In this document: in pieces, positions 28,293 to 37,558 of the stretch
Layout: every line of letters begins with the position of its first letter
Position numbering within the stretch: position 1 is the first letter of the stretch
IMG/VR virus record: IMGVR_UViG_3300018891_000001
Location: 124,001-188,000 of that record
Length of the DNA stretch: 64,000 nucleotides
Reading direction: 5' to 3' (one strand)
Translations under genes and position numbers: made by a program
Notes under the pieces: model-generated
The model's database searches: none
Told to the model about the DNA's origin: nothing
What the model saw: the letters and a program-made list of their open reading frames with translations, nothing else

Positions 28293-28412
28293 ATGCAATG
28301 CCCTGACTGCTATGAATACTTTACTAAATGTCCATGCTGTGATACGTGGTTTTGTCCAAAATGTGAAATGACAGAAGAAGAATTAGAAGAGAGGGAATTA
28401 GATGAAATTTGA
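28293..28412 (+). CDS. Small Cys-rich protein (39 aa, not in ORF track)
   Basis: RBS ggagg; MQCPDC...CPCC...CPKC with acidic tail. Confidence 0.6.
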   Translation: MQCPDCYEYFTKCPCCDTWFCPKCEMTEEELEERELDEI

Positions 28413-28635
28413 AATCAACATAGGTTGGTCATGGGTTCTTCACAAGGTTCGCCTGGCTTTCCTTGTGGGCATCTTTTATATCCTCTATGTCTATGTCGCA
28501 CCGGTATGGGCGTTTATGTGGATTGCTTACTTTATTCTCAATGACTTATGGGAAATTGTACTAGACCTTGAAACATTAAGAGAGGAGAAAACACAAATAT
28601 GGAAAAATATCTCGCACAGACGCAAGGACTTTTAG
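28402..28635 (+). CDS. Hypothetical membrane protein
   Basis: Hydrophobic segments; RBS gaggg. Confidence 0.6.
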   Translation: MKFEINIGWSWVLHKVRLAFLVGIFYILYVYVAPVWAFMWIAYFILNDLWEIVLDLETLREEKTQIWKNISHRRKDF

Positions 28636-28838
28636 GACTCTTTGAAGCAACCATGAGTGAAAGCGAACATAAACGAGCCAAAGAAGTAGCTGAAGAAATT
28701 TGGGATGCAATGCGCCCAGTTATTGAGAAGCATAAATTAAACTTGCATGAAACCATGACAGCTGTCCTTACTTGTCATTTAGCCATCATGCAAATAGCGT
28801 GGGAACAAATCAATGAATACAAAAAGGAGATGGAATAA
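28599..28838 (+). CDS. Hypothetical protein
   Basis: RBS gaggag. Confidence 0.65.
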   Translation: MEKYLAQTQGLLGLFEATMSESEHKRAKEVAEEIWDAMRPVIEKHKLNLHETMTAVLTCHLAIMQIAWEQINEYKKEME

Positions 28839-28843
28839 TCAAA

Positions 28844-29434
28844 ATGACATCAACTTTACTAACCCATTTGAATAAAATCTTTTGTTTAATGGGACCATCT
28901 GGAGCCGGAAAAGATACTATTGTTCACAGTCTTCCTCTTCCAAGAGTCATCTCTTACCGCACTCGCCCCATTCGAAAAGGCGAAATCGATGGTGTGCATG
29001 GACATTTTATTGATCGTGAAACATTCTTATCCATGGATGAACAACATTTATGGATTGCAAAAACAAAGTATGCCGATCATTTTTATGGCATTACTCAAGG
29101 GGAATTATTAGAGCTAGAAGAAAAGCCAATGATGTATGTCGTTGATTGGGAAGGGGTTGTAACCCTAAAAGAATCCTTTTCCAAAATGGAAGGATATGAT
29201 CCTTCTCAAATTGTAAGCATCTTTATTCATACTCCAAGAGAAGAATTAGAGGCTCGCATGTATAAACAAGGAAGAGGCAAGCAAGAGATTCGTGCCCGAC
29301 TAGATCGAGCAGATCGAGATTATGCTGTCAGCAAAAAATGTGATTATGTGGTAGAAAATCTGAATGGAGAACTACATAAAACCCTATATGAAATTATGAA
29401 AATCATTTTAAAAGAAAGCTTTAAAACCACATAA
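28844..29434 (+). CDS. gmk: Guanylate kinase-like protein
   Basis: GPSGAGKD, SYRTRPIRKGEIDGVHGHF, HFYG. Confidence 0.85.
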   Translation: MTSTLLTHLNKIFCLMGPSGAGKDTIVHSLPLPRVISYRTRPIRKGEIDGVHGHFIDRETFLSMDEQHLWIAKTKYADHFYGITQGELLELEEKPMMYVVDWEGVVTLKESFSKMEGYDPSQIVSIFIHTPREELEARMYKQGRGKQEIRARLDRADRDYAVSKKCDYVVENLNGELHKTLYEIMKIILKESFKTT

Positions 29435-29447
29435 AGAGGAGTTTCTG

Positions 29448-29657
29448 ATGAAAATAATGAAGCATTTTAAACAGCATCGTAAACATTACCTTATAATGGA
29501 ATTGACCTTTTTTCTCTTCATGATTATTCTAGAGTGGTATCGGCAACAAGAGTACACACTGGTCGCATGGATATGTAGCGTCATTGGAATATTATGCTTA
29601 CTGGATTTGGCCTTACTATATTGGTTATATCCTTGCAAAGAAAATAAGGATAATTAA
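29448..29657 (+). CDS. Hypothetical membrane protein
   Basis: Two TM segments; RBS gaggag. Confidence 0.6.
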   Translation: MKIMKHFKQHRKHYLIMELTFFLFMIILEWYRQQEYTLVAWICSVIGILCLLDLALLYWLYPCKENKDN

Positions 29658-29695
29658 GAAACCCCCCACCTTAATTGGTAGGGGGTTTCTTTTTT
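29656..29695 (+). terminator. Rho-independent terminator
   Basis: aagaaacccccc...gggggtttctttttt. Confidence 0.8.
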
Positions 29696-29717
29696 AGTTT
29701 TAGGGTTGTCATTACTG

Positions 29718-29876
29718 TCACAATATATTATATTTATCTAATTTTTCCAATATGTCAATAACATCTTCTTTTTTTATCCCTATTTCTTCTAATTCTTCAA
29801 ATAAAAGTGGGTCACAAGTCTCCAGTTTTTGTTTCCACTCAGGTTCTGGCGTAAACAGCCATGATGAGAAACCCAT
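29718..29876 (-). CDS. Small hypothetical protein
   Basis: RBS ggaggtg before ATG 29876. Confidence 0.55.
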   Translation of the reverse strand: MGFSSWLFTPEPEWKQKLETCDPLLFEELEEIGIKKEDVIDILEKLDKYNIL

Positions 29877-29977
29877 AAAAGTTTCACCTCCATTGTCATA
29901 AGACGGGCTACACCTCTCTATATATATAATACACAACTGTAATGCATTTCATACGACAAAAACGGAGGAATACAAAA

Positions 29978-30127
29978 ATGGAAGGCATCGTTCTCTTGGT
30001 AGGTCAGATTGGTGTTGTTTTAGCTGGTTTTATAGGCACAGCTTCCGCCATCAGCTGGTATCACAACGTAGGAGGGAAGAAAAATGACAGATCTAGTAGT
30101 CCGTTGTCAAGCAAGAACGTACGATAA
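29978..30127 (+). CDS. Small single-TM protein
   Basis: RBS ggagg; first gene after TATAAT (29925-29930) and operator-like site 29939-29950. Confidence 0.6.
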   Translation: MEGIVLLVGQIGVVLAGFIGTASAISWYHNVGGKKNDRSSSPLSSKNVR

Positions 30128-30635
30128 TCGACTGATTCAAGTTGTTGTATCAGAATCAAAGAAATCTGCAACCATCGATAAGGATGATTATTATACACCT
30201 TTTATTCAAGCAGCGGCAAAGGAGGTGAAACAGTACCCCCTCATTACGCAAAGAAAAATATTTCAACTATTGACAGCCGCACAAATCGGACTCAGTTCTC
30301 TCGTTGTTACCACCGAAGCCCACGCCGAGGAGAGAATCCAATTTCCGATTCTCGAGAAGGCATACGAATTAGATATTCTTCCAAGCGAGATTGTGAATCT
30401 TCTTATTCAGATGATTATCGGGTGCGGGATTCTCGCAGTCGCTTTCGCCATGCTATGCTTCATGATCGCAGGAACGTATGCCATGATCGGACAAGTGGAC
30501 AAAGCACGAACATGGTCTGTCAACATCATCAAAGGACTCGGGCAAGTATTAGTGGGTCCAGCCATTATTCTACTGTTAACAACTTTAGCCGGACTCATAT
30601 TCCGCAATGTTCCCGGCTTAGACATCTTCTTTTAA
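30084..30635 (+). CDS. Membrane protein with VirB2/TrbC pilin-like C-terminal hairpin
   Basis: AxA signal-like TTEAHA followed by two TM helices linked by GQVDKARTW. Confidence 0.55.
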   Translation: MTDLVVRCQARTYDNRLIQVVVSESKKSATIDKDDYYTPFIQAAAKEVKQYPLITQRKIFQLLTAAQIGLSSLVVTTEAHAEERIQFPILEKAYELDILPSEIVNLLIQMIIGCGILAVAFAMLCFMIAGTYAMIGQVDKARTWSVNIIKGLGQVLVGPAIILLLTTLAGLIFRNVPGLDIFF

Positions 30636-30637
30636 GA

Positions 30638-31672
30638 GTGGGAGTACCGTTTTCTGTCTTATCTCTAAATGCCGTTCCACAAACTGCATCGGCACATACA
30701 TGGTTCAATCCTATTCATTTTATTCCGGGAGCTGAAGAAACACTAAACAAATGGGACATCATCGCCAACCATGTTGTGAATGTCATTGAATGGTTCAAAC
30801 ATTTCCGTGAAAATATCTTACAAGTTTCAGTGGATTTCATGACATGGAGTTTTGAAGCAATTACAAACGTGGTCTTGTTTACACCTGTTATCTTTTTTAA
30901 ATCAGAGTGGTTTTCCAATAACATTCTTATGTTTACTGGACTGTCAGTGGCAATGTCATCTGTTCTTACCATGTTTGAGGGCATAAAACGAATCCTAAAC
31001 AAAAATCACACCAAAATGGATCGCATCTCATGGCGATTTCCACTTGTAATTTTAGGAGCCGGACTTGCACCTTTAGGATTTCAAACCATCTTTTCGATCT
31101 TAAATGAATTGACAGAAATGATTATCAGCATCACCAGAGCCCAAATGAATGAGGGTTTAAAATCAATGGAATTTAGTGAAGCTGCCTTTTATGAGTTTCT
31201 TGCTTTTATTGGTTTTGATATTGCTTTAATTGGTATGATGATTCCTATTTTTCTGCAAAACTTTCGACGGTGGTTTGATATTTTAGCATTAGGGGCTATA
31301 ACTCCAATTGCACTATCTTGTTGGATGTTTAAATCTTATGAGCATTATTTTCGCATATGGTGGGAGCATTTAAAAAAATGTTCACTTGTTCAATTAGTGT
31401 ATGCGGTTTTTCTTTTACTTATTGGAGGGTTAATGTTTGGAGCTAAGCCGCCCGATGATGAAGGAGAACTTTTGATTAAAATGGGAATTGTCATAGGAGG
31501 ATTATGGCGCATGAGCCAACCACCTGCCATTTTACGCCGCTACTTGGATACAGGAACGGACATTAAAGGAATGTGGAAAGGAGCTGGAGATGCTATCACA
31601 CCACATCCACTTCTACGAAAAGGATTCCAATTATTTAAAAAATCATCTACTTCAAGAGGAGGCACAAAATAG
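30638..31672 (+). CDS. Polytopic membrane protein, VirB6/TrbL-like
   Basis: 5-6 TM segments; ALGAITPIALSCW...YFRIWW...SLVQLVYAVFL; start uncertain (GTG 30638; reading frame open from 30422). Confidence 0.55.
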   Translation: MGVPFSVLSLNAVPQTASAHTWFNPIHFIPGAEETLNKWDIIANHVVNVIEWFKHFRENILQVSVDFMTWSFEAITNVVLFTPVIFFKSEWFSNNILMFTGLSVAMSSVLTMFEGIKRILNKNHTKMDRISWRFPLVILGAGLAPLGFQTIFSILNELTEMIISITRAQMNEGLKSMEFSEAAFYEFLAFIGFDIALIGMMIPIFLQNFRRWFDILALGAITPIALSCWMFKSYEHYFRIWWEHLKKCSLVQLVYAVFLLLIGGLMFGAKPPDDEGELLIKMGIVIGGLWRMSQPPAILRRYLDTGTDIKGMWKGAGDAITPHPLLRKGFQLFKKSSTSRGGTK

Positions 31673-31673
31673 A

Positions 31674-31790
31674 ATGGAAGTATTATTAGTGGCTGGAACC
31701 ATTATGATTATGACCAACACTATGGTGCTGTTAATGTTAGCACCTACTATTTTAAAAGAGGTGAAGCATGGTGCCACTCGGAAATTTTAA
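31674..31790 (+). CDS. Small hydrophobic peptide
   Basis: RBS ggagg; MEVLLVAGTIMIMTNTMVLLML. Confidence 0.5.
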   Translation: MEVLLVAGTIMIMTNTMVLLMLAPTILKEVKHGATRKF

Positions 31791-34074
31791 ACGACTCTTT
31801 CAACCTAGTTTAATTCAAAACGAAAAAGACGTATCTTATCATTTGCCTTCTTTATCACGAGCAGAAGCAAAAGCCCTTCTCTCCGCTCCCTTAGCGGGGG
31901 GAGGGGTCTTTGGCCTAGAAGCCCACCAAACAAAAGACCATGAAAGTCTTATTTTTTTTGCTCCGCCTTACTATAAAGTGGAATGGAACCTCGCAGACCG
32001 AGACGCTGTTTTTGAAAATCTTGAAACCTATAAAAAACAAATCACCATCATGCAACTATATACGAGTAAATCCTCATTGTTTCCTCTCTCCATTGAATAT
32101 ACTCAGTCTTTTTGGGAACAGGTTCGGCAATTTGCAGCTGATGATATCGGAATTATTTATCAAATTGTACTTGCATACCGACAAGACCGATGGAAAGAAC
32201 GAATCAAGGAGCAATATCAACTGTATCTAAGTGGAATCCAATCTCCCGCTGATCAAAAATGGGTACGCAGTATTCAAAATCGAATTAATCACTCCTTAGA
32301 TCATCTCTTGCAATGGGAGTTCAAATATGCCCCTATTCCTGAAGTGGAACAGAAACTAAAAGAAAATGGATTTCGATATAGTATTCGGCTCATTCTTTAT
32401 GGCGGTAATCGAGCGAGGCGAAGAAAACTAATACATGAAATACAACAAATTTTACGAACCATGGAGTATATCAATGAATGGAAAGTGAATACCTTTTTTG
32501 CGTTTGACGATATTATTCAGAATATCCAAAAACGCAAGCTCGATAATGTAGGAAAGCAACAAGTCTTATGTGTATCCGAATTGCTGCCATTTCTGATGTC
32601 CGAACATGTAGTGTACATTGAAAAACCGGCCATAAAAAAGGTAACAAAAACAAAGGTAAAAAATCCATTCGATCTCCTGCCGATAGGCAAGAAAATTCAA
32701 CAAGTCGATGGGAGTCAAATAGCTCAAAAATTTGTTTACGCTCTCCAAGAGTTAAAGGTAATTAAAGAAGAAATTGTTGCTAAACGAGTTCAATGTGGGC
32801 CAATCATGATGAAAATCACCTTTGATTTACCGAAGGGGATGCGTCTTTCGGATATAACAAAGAAAAATATGATTGAGGATATTCAGACTCATATGGGAGT
32901 CAAACATCTACAGATCTTACAAGGGGAGGATACGGGAGAATTCGATATTATGTTGCCACAAGAAAAAAGGCAAAAAATCTTTTTACGAGATTATGTGGAT
33001 ACCTCTGAATTTATGGAGTTTGCCGGACAACATCCACTTCCATTCTTTGTAGGGGTGGACGAAATAGGACGCTCCATTTTTCGTTGTCTAAGTGAAATTC
33101 GTCATATTCTTGTAGCAGGAACAACCGGATCCGGCAAAAGCGTGTGGATGAATCAACTTATTCTTACCTTGTTATTAATTCGCAAACCCGATGAACTTCA
33201 ATTTTATATGATTGATCTAAAACAAGTGGAACTCACCTGCTTTCAAGATTTCCCTCATGTGCGAGAAGTCATCACAGATGCGAACAAAGCTATTCACCTA
33301 CTTAGGAAAATCCAAAAAGAGATGGACAGACGTTATCAATTATTTAGTGAAACAGGAGTAAAAAACATTGCCTTGTATAATAGAAAACATCCTCATCAAA
33401 AGCTCCCTTATATTGTGTGCATTATTGATGAATATGCGGAATTAGCATTACGAACGGATAGTATACATGAACTCGTTCAAAGTATGGCACAACTCGCAAG
33501 GGCTGCTGGCATCCACTTGATTATTGCAACCCAAGATCCACGAGTTGAAGTAATCCCAGGAATTATTAAGTCCAACATGCCGGGGAAAATCGGTTTCCGT
33601 TGCTCTAATGGAAACAGTTATCTAACATTTTTAAATACGAAACCACCTTTTAACCTATTAGGAAACGGGGATGGGGTCATGAGCTTTGAGGGGCAAATAG
33701 AGGAGCATATTCGCTTTCAGGGATGTCTGATTATCGATGATCCCAAAAACGAAGGGCTTGAAAGTCAGTTGATTGCACAAATCGCAAGTCATATGGACGA
33801 CTATGAAGGAGTAGATTTACCAGAATTAGAGGAAACAGAAGAAGTGCATATAGAAGAAACAGAGACAGAAATAGACCGACTTAAACGCATTATTGCTCAA
33901 ACAGGGGAAACAAGGGTATCACAACTAAGGGAAATGATGAAAATTAACATCAATCGATTGAATGATTTGATGAGGGAACTCGCAGAAGAAGGGTGGCTGC
34001 AAAAGCCAGAATCCAAACAGCAAGGATACCAATTAATTGCACCAGAAGAGGAATTGGAAAAGTGGAGACAATAA
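31768..34074 (+). CDS. FtsK/SpoIIIE-family DNA translocase
   Basis: HILVAGTTGSGKS, IDLKQVEL, IIDEYAE, ARAAGIHLIIATQ, LLGNGDG; C-terminal winged helix. Confidence 0.9.
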   Translation: MVPLGNFKRLFQPSLIQNEKDVSYHLPSLSRAEAKALLSAPLAGGGVFGLEAHQTKDHESLIFFAPPYYKVEWNLADRDAVFENLETYKKQITIMQLYTSKSSLFPLSIEYTQSFWEQVRQFAADDIGIIYQIVLAYRQDRWKERIKEQYQLYLSGIQSPADQKWVRSIQNRINHSLDHLLQWEFKYAPIPEVEQKLKENGFRYSIRLILYGGNRARRRKLIHEIQQILRTMEYINEWKVNTFFAFDDIIQNIQKRKLDNVGKQQVLCVSELLPFLMSEHVVYIEKPAIKKVTKTKVKNPFDLLPIGKKIQQVDGSQIAQKFVYALQELKVIKEEIVAKRVQCGPIMMKITFDLPKGMRLSDITKKNMIEDIQTHMGVKHLQILQGEDTGEFDIMLPQEKRQKIFLRDYVDTSEFMEFAGQHPLPFFVGVDEIGRSIFRCLSEIRHILVAGTTGSGKSVWMNQLILTLLLIRKPDELQFYMIDLKQVELTCFQDFPHVREVITDANKAIHLLRKIQKEMDRRYQLFSETGVKNIALYNRKHPHQKLPYIVCIIDEYAELALRTDSIHELVQSMAQLARAAGIHLIIATQDPRVEVIPGIIKSNMPGKIGFRCSNGNSYLTFLNTKPPFNLLGNGDGVMSFEGQIEEHIRFQGCLIIDDPKNEGLESQLIAQIASHMDDYEGVDLPELEETEEVHIEETETEIDRLKRIIAQTGETRVSQLREMMKININRLNDLMRELAEEGWLQKPESKQQGYQLIAPEEELEKWRQ

Positions 34075-34288
34075 TCTCCACTTTTTTGTGGTATTTTACA
34101 GAATAGCAAAACTATGATACTATGAAAAGAGAGAGAAAAAACAAAATTCTACAAAAATAGACAGGAAAAAACCCTTTACTTAGGGGGTAAAGGGTTCGAA
34201 AGGTAATATGCGCATATACAATATTCAACTATCTTTATTATAATGCGTATTCCTTTCCCTGTCAAAAAGGAAAGGAGATTTTTTTCGA

Positions 34289-34840
34289 ATGGAACACGAA
34301 AAACTGAATATCTTTGATCCGAATGTCATTTACTACGTGCAACTGCCAACAGGAAAGACTCGGAGATTGAGTGAAGAAGAACTAGAAAAAATAACACTCA
34401 ATTCCCCCAACAACATTCCTGAGTTAAACGGTAAAAAGACATGGATCAGTAACTACGTTGCTACGTTCTGGATGCCGTTTATGAAGCCAGGGCCATTTGC
34501 GGTTTACGTTCAATTGCAGAAAATGGCATATGGGGATAAAGATCATGCATTTCCATCTGTTCCGTATTTAGCCATGATTCTGGGTATTAGTGAACGAACT
34601 GTACAAAATTACATTGATCATTTGGTGGATCTGGGATTCGTAATTGTATTAGAACGGTTTGAAGCACAAAGCAACCGGCAGCTAAGTAATTTATATTTGC
34701 TATCAACAACGACTCCGTTTCTTCCTAGGGAGAAGTATGAGAAGTTGCCGAAGAAGTTACAAAGAGAACATGACCGATTTATGGATTACATAAAGTTTAA
34801 AAAGATTTTACACGAAGAACGAATTCCTGACTATGAGTGA
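34289..34840 (+). CDS. Replication initiator-like winged-HTH protein
   Basis: FAVYVQLQKMAY...AFPSVPYLAMILGISERTVQNYIDHLVDLGFV; directly upstream of the iteron array. Confidence 0.7.
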   Translation: MEHEKLNIFDPNVIYYVQLPTGKTRRLSEEELEKITLNSPNNIPELNGKKTWISNYVATFWMPFMKPGPFAVYVQLQKMAYGDKDHAFPSVPYLAMILGISERTVQNYIDHLVDLGFVIVLERFEAQSNRQLSNLYLLSTTTPFLPREKYEKLPKKLQREHDRFMDYIKFKKILHEERIPDYE

Positions 34841-34841
34841 T

Positions 34842-34868
34842 TAGCCCGCATTAGCGGGCTATTTTTTT
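34842..34868 (+). terminator. Rho-independent terminator
   Basis: tagcccgc-atta-gcgggcta-ttttttt. Confidence 0.85.
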
Positions 34869-34878
34869 ATGCTATTTT

Positions 34879-35121
34879 CTATCCACAAAAATCTGTGGAT
34901 ATGTGTATAAAAGGGGATGAAAATTTTACAGGGGGGAAACCGGGTGAAAAAATTGCAGGGGGATATCTAGGGGGTGAAAATTTTACAGGGGGATATTTAG
35001 GGGGTGAAAAATTTGCAGGGGGATTTATACACAAGAGGGGAGGGTGAAAATTTTACGGGGGTGTAATTTTTTCAGGGAAAGGATGAAAAATCTGCGGGGA
35101 ACGACTGAAAAATCTGCATCC
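34879..35121. repeat. Putative replication origin: about 8 iterons plus DnaA boxes
   Basis: 20-bp units GG[GA]TGAAAAWWTT[AG]CAGGGG at 34915, 34942, 34972, 35002, 35042, degenerate at 35059, 35081, 35103; DnaA boxes 34879, 34894 (1 mismatch each), 34902, 35025 (perfect). Confidence 0.8.
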
Positions 35122-35327
35122 GAATAAATACTAAGAAGAAGAAAGTCAATTTGAAGAAGTTTTTTAATGAATATCCCTTGTCTACCTTTTCTCTGATAAA
35201 AGACATTGCAGTTAGAACTATGTTCTAAATGCACAGTCGAAATGAGAGTGCAAGGGAAATTCATAAGAAGAAGAAATGGAGACAAAAAAAGCAAATGCGA
35301 CAATGCATCTGCTTCGTGATTGGATAC

Positions 35328-35552
35328 TTATTTTTTTAACATGAATCGTGGAATGGCATAGAAAAGAGCTGAAAGGGCTAAACCGACCAAAAAACTACCT
35401 AATGTAGCATTCGGATCAAAAAATGAACCAATGGCTGAGCACAAAAACATAGTGCCCAGAATATTTGGAATCAAACCTTTCCACCCATGCATCATATGTA
35501 ACTTCCAAAAAGCTATGACTAAGATAAAGAATAAAATTGTGCTGAGACTCAT
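35328..35552 (-). CDS. Small membrane protein
   Basis: Three hydrophobic segments; RBS gaggag. Confidence 0.65.
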   Translation of the reverse strand: MSLSTILFFILVIAFWKLHMMHGWKGLIPNILGTMFLCSAIGSFFDPNATLGSFLVGLALSALFYAIPRFMLKK

Positions 35553-35709
35553 CTTATTCCTCCTACTAAATCAAGTAAAAAGAAGACCTATGCCTTAAAA
35601 GCAAAGGTCTCAAAGTTTGGTGAATACAAAGTTATAAAATAACTAGGTTGGAAGATAATAAAAGAGACAGCATCATTATATCCAATCCTAAGCGATTCGT
35701 CTAGAAAAA

Positions 35710-37002
35710 TTAGAACAGCGAAAATTCCATTTGCCCTTCAATTACTTTACGACTTTTGAATTCTGCCATTTTGAGTTCCACCTCATACACTGCTGTTTCG
35801 CATACATGATGAGACGAAATACGATAAGAGGCTAATCGCTGCTGTCGTTCTTCTAAAAATTTTTGATTGCTTTCTACAAGCTGACGAATGATTTCAGCTT
35901 CAGAGCGACTTAATTTCGCATTAAACGGTGGATTGGTTGTAATACATTCAAACTTGATCTCTCTAGCATGGGCTTTTATAATTTGAATTTTTCGATCATC
36001 CGAAAGAGAATTCCACGGTTGATGCAAATCCTCCTCATATTGAAAAATCTCACGTTTTCGCAAATCTACTGGATGAACAAAAATATCTATTTGTTTACTT
36101 TCTTCTTCGAAAATCCGGATAGGTGCTCGGTATTCTCCCAATAGTGAATTTCCCCAATAAATACGAGTATCCGTATTAAACTCAAAATATCGGTGAATGG
36201 TTTTTGTTTCTGGGTTAATATGCAATCCCATAATCGGTTTTGGCACATATAAAAGAGAAGGCAAAAATAAAAAGGCTTGAATACAAGCCACTTTTACCAT
36301 CGTTAAACTTAAATCAGCACCTACTAAATTTAAGCAATTGGATGGCAGCACCATAGCAGCACCACCAATACAAGGTTCAAACTGACTATCCGTAGGAGAA
36401 GAATTTAGCATCATATTGATAGCTTCTGTTACTTGAATAGGAGTTGGAAAATAATCCAAATGTCCCTTTTGGCCATGTTCAGCCACAAAAGTAGACAATA
36501 CATCCGTGGGCTCTAAAAATAATAAATCCAAACTGAATTCCCGATACAACTCTTCCCAAAGAGAATCTGGAATCGAAGGACGTTTGCAATAGCTAATGCC
36601 TAATGCATAACCAATCCATTCAATAAAATCCGTAATCCGATATCCCCGATGATATACTCGATCCATGCATTTGGTTAACATTTTATAAGCAGGAGTATTC
36701 ATGATGGGCGAAGACCGAACCGGATTTTTCGGCATATCTCCATCTTGGTAAGATCCTTTGGCCAAGATAGAAAGCCACGCATACCAACGACCATACAGCA
36801 TGGTTTCAATCATCAAGCCCATTCCACGCATCCAGCCAAACCGGTACGAATCTTTCACATCTTGGGGTGGTTCTGTCCAAAGAGGAGAGTATTGAAGTTC
36901 TAATAATTTTCGTTGAATCTCCAGCCATTGTTCTGGGGAAAGGGAAGCACAGAACTCTTGGCCACGACGTTCCGATTCCAATCGACCATATGATTTTTTC
37001 AT
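35710..37002 (-). CDS. Orphan N6-adenine DNA methyltransferase-like protein
   Basis: DYFPTP, FEPCIGGAAM, GADLS, ITTNPPF. Confidence 0.7.
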   Translation of the reverse strand: MKKSYGRLESERRGQEFCASLSPEQWLEIQRKLLELQYSPLWTEPPQDVKDSYRFGWMRGMGLMIETMLYGRWYAWLSILAKGSYQDGDMPKNPVRSSPIMNTPAYKMLTKCMDRVYHRGYRITDFIEWIGYALGISYCKRPSIPDSLWEELYREFSLDLLFLEPTDVLSTFVAEHGQKGHLDYFPTPIQVTEAINMMLNSSPTDSQFEPCIGGAAMVLPSNCLNLVGADLSLTMVKVACIQAFLFLPSLLYVPKPIMGLHINPETKTIHRYFEFNTDTRIYWGNSLLGEYRAPIRIFEEESKQIDIFVHPVDLRKREIFQYEEDLHQPWNSLSDDRKIQIIKAHAREIKFECITTNPPFNAKLSRSEAEIIRQLVESNQKFLEERQQRLASYRISSHHVCETAVYEVELKMAEFKSRKVIEGQMEFSLF

Positions 37003-37004
37003 GA

Positions 37005-37256
37005 TTACACCTCAGATAGATGTTTGGTAATACAAATCTCTAAATCTGTTTCATTCATATCAGGGGAGGAGAGCCACGATTTTCGAACCCATTTATAGCT
37101 TTCCAATTCTTCCTTACGATAAACAGCTTTCCAATACTGACCATGAACACTATCTAGAAATATCGAACCGTGATGATCTAAATAAAAGACAAGGTGAGCT
37201 TTTCGTTTTGCCACAGTAAATCCTCCTGTATGCCGGATTTCATTGTTAGTTAACAT
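37005..37256 (-). CDS. Hypothetical protein
   Basis: Operonic ORF. Confidence 0.5.
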   Translation of the reverse strand: MLTNNEIRHTGGFTVAKRKAHLVFYLDHHGSIFLDSVHGQYWKAVYRKEELESYKWVRKSWLSSPDMNETDLEICITKHLSEV

Positions 37257-37354
37257 AAGATAAATTATCGGAAGTTAATGATTAAAAAGATTTATTGTCT
37301 CATTTTATTAAGTATTCTTGTGTTTTTGAGACAGAAAAGAAAAAGTGAAAGCCA

Positions 37355-37558
37355 TTAATTAGCTTTCACCAATTCATACTCATCTTTATTTAATACTATG
37401 TCACCGCCAAATGATTCTTCATAAACCGTAACCGATTGATCTTCTTTATCATAGTATTTTACTTCATAGATCTTTCCGATTAAATGTTCAATCGACAATT
37501 GTGCGACAGCAATACGTTGTGTGTCAGGTTTACTTGCGATGACTCTAACCTTCATCAT
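37355..37558 (-). CDS. Hypothetical protein
   Basis: RBS ggag; overlaps the doc stop. Confidence 0.6.
   Translation of the reverse strand: MMKVRVIASKPDTQRIAVAQLSIEHLIGKIYEVKYYDKEDQSVTVYEESFGGDIVLNKDEYELVKAN

Noticed and set aside
30422-30640. Programmed -1 frameshift fusing the pilin-like and VirB6-like ORFs
   Set aside because: The junction TTC TTT TAA is not a canonical X XXY YYZ site; coupled re-initiation at GTG 30638 is simpler
34915-35121. Repeat array as a CRISPR array
   Set aside because: Units are degenerate 20-mers with 0-20 bp spacers (two nearly identical), flanked by DnaA boxes and a Rep-like gene; no cas operon
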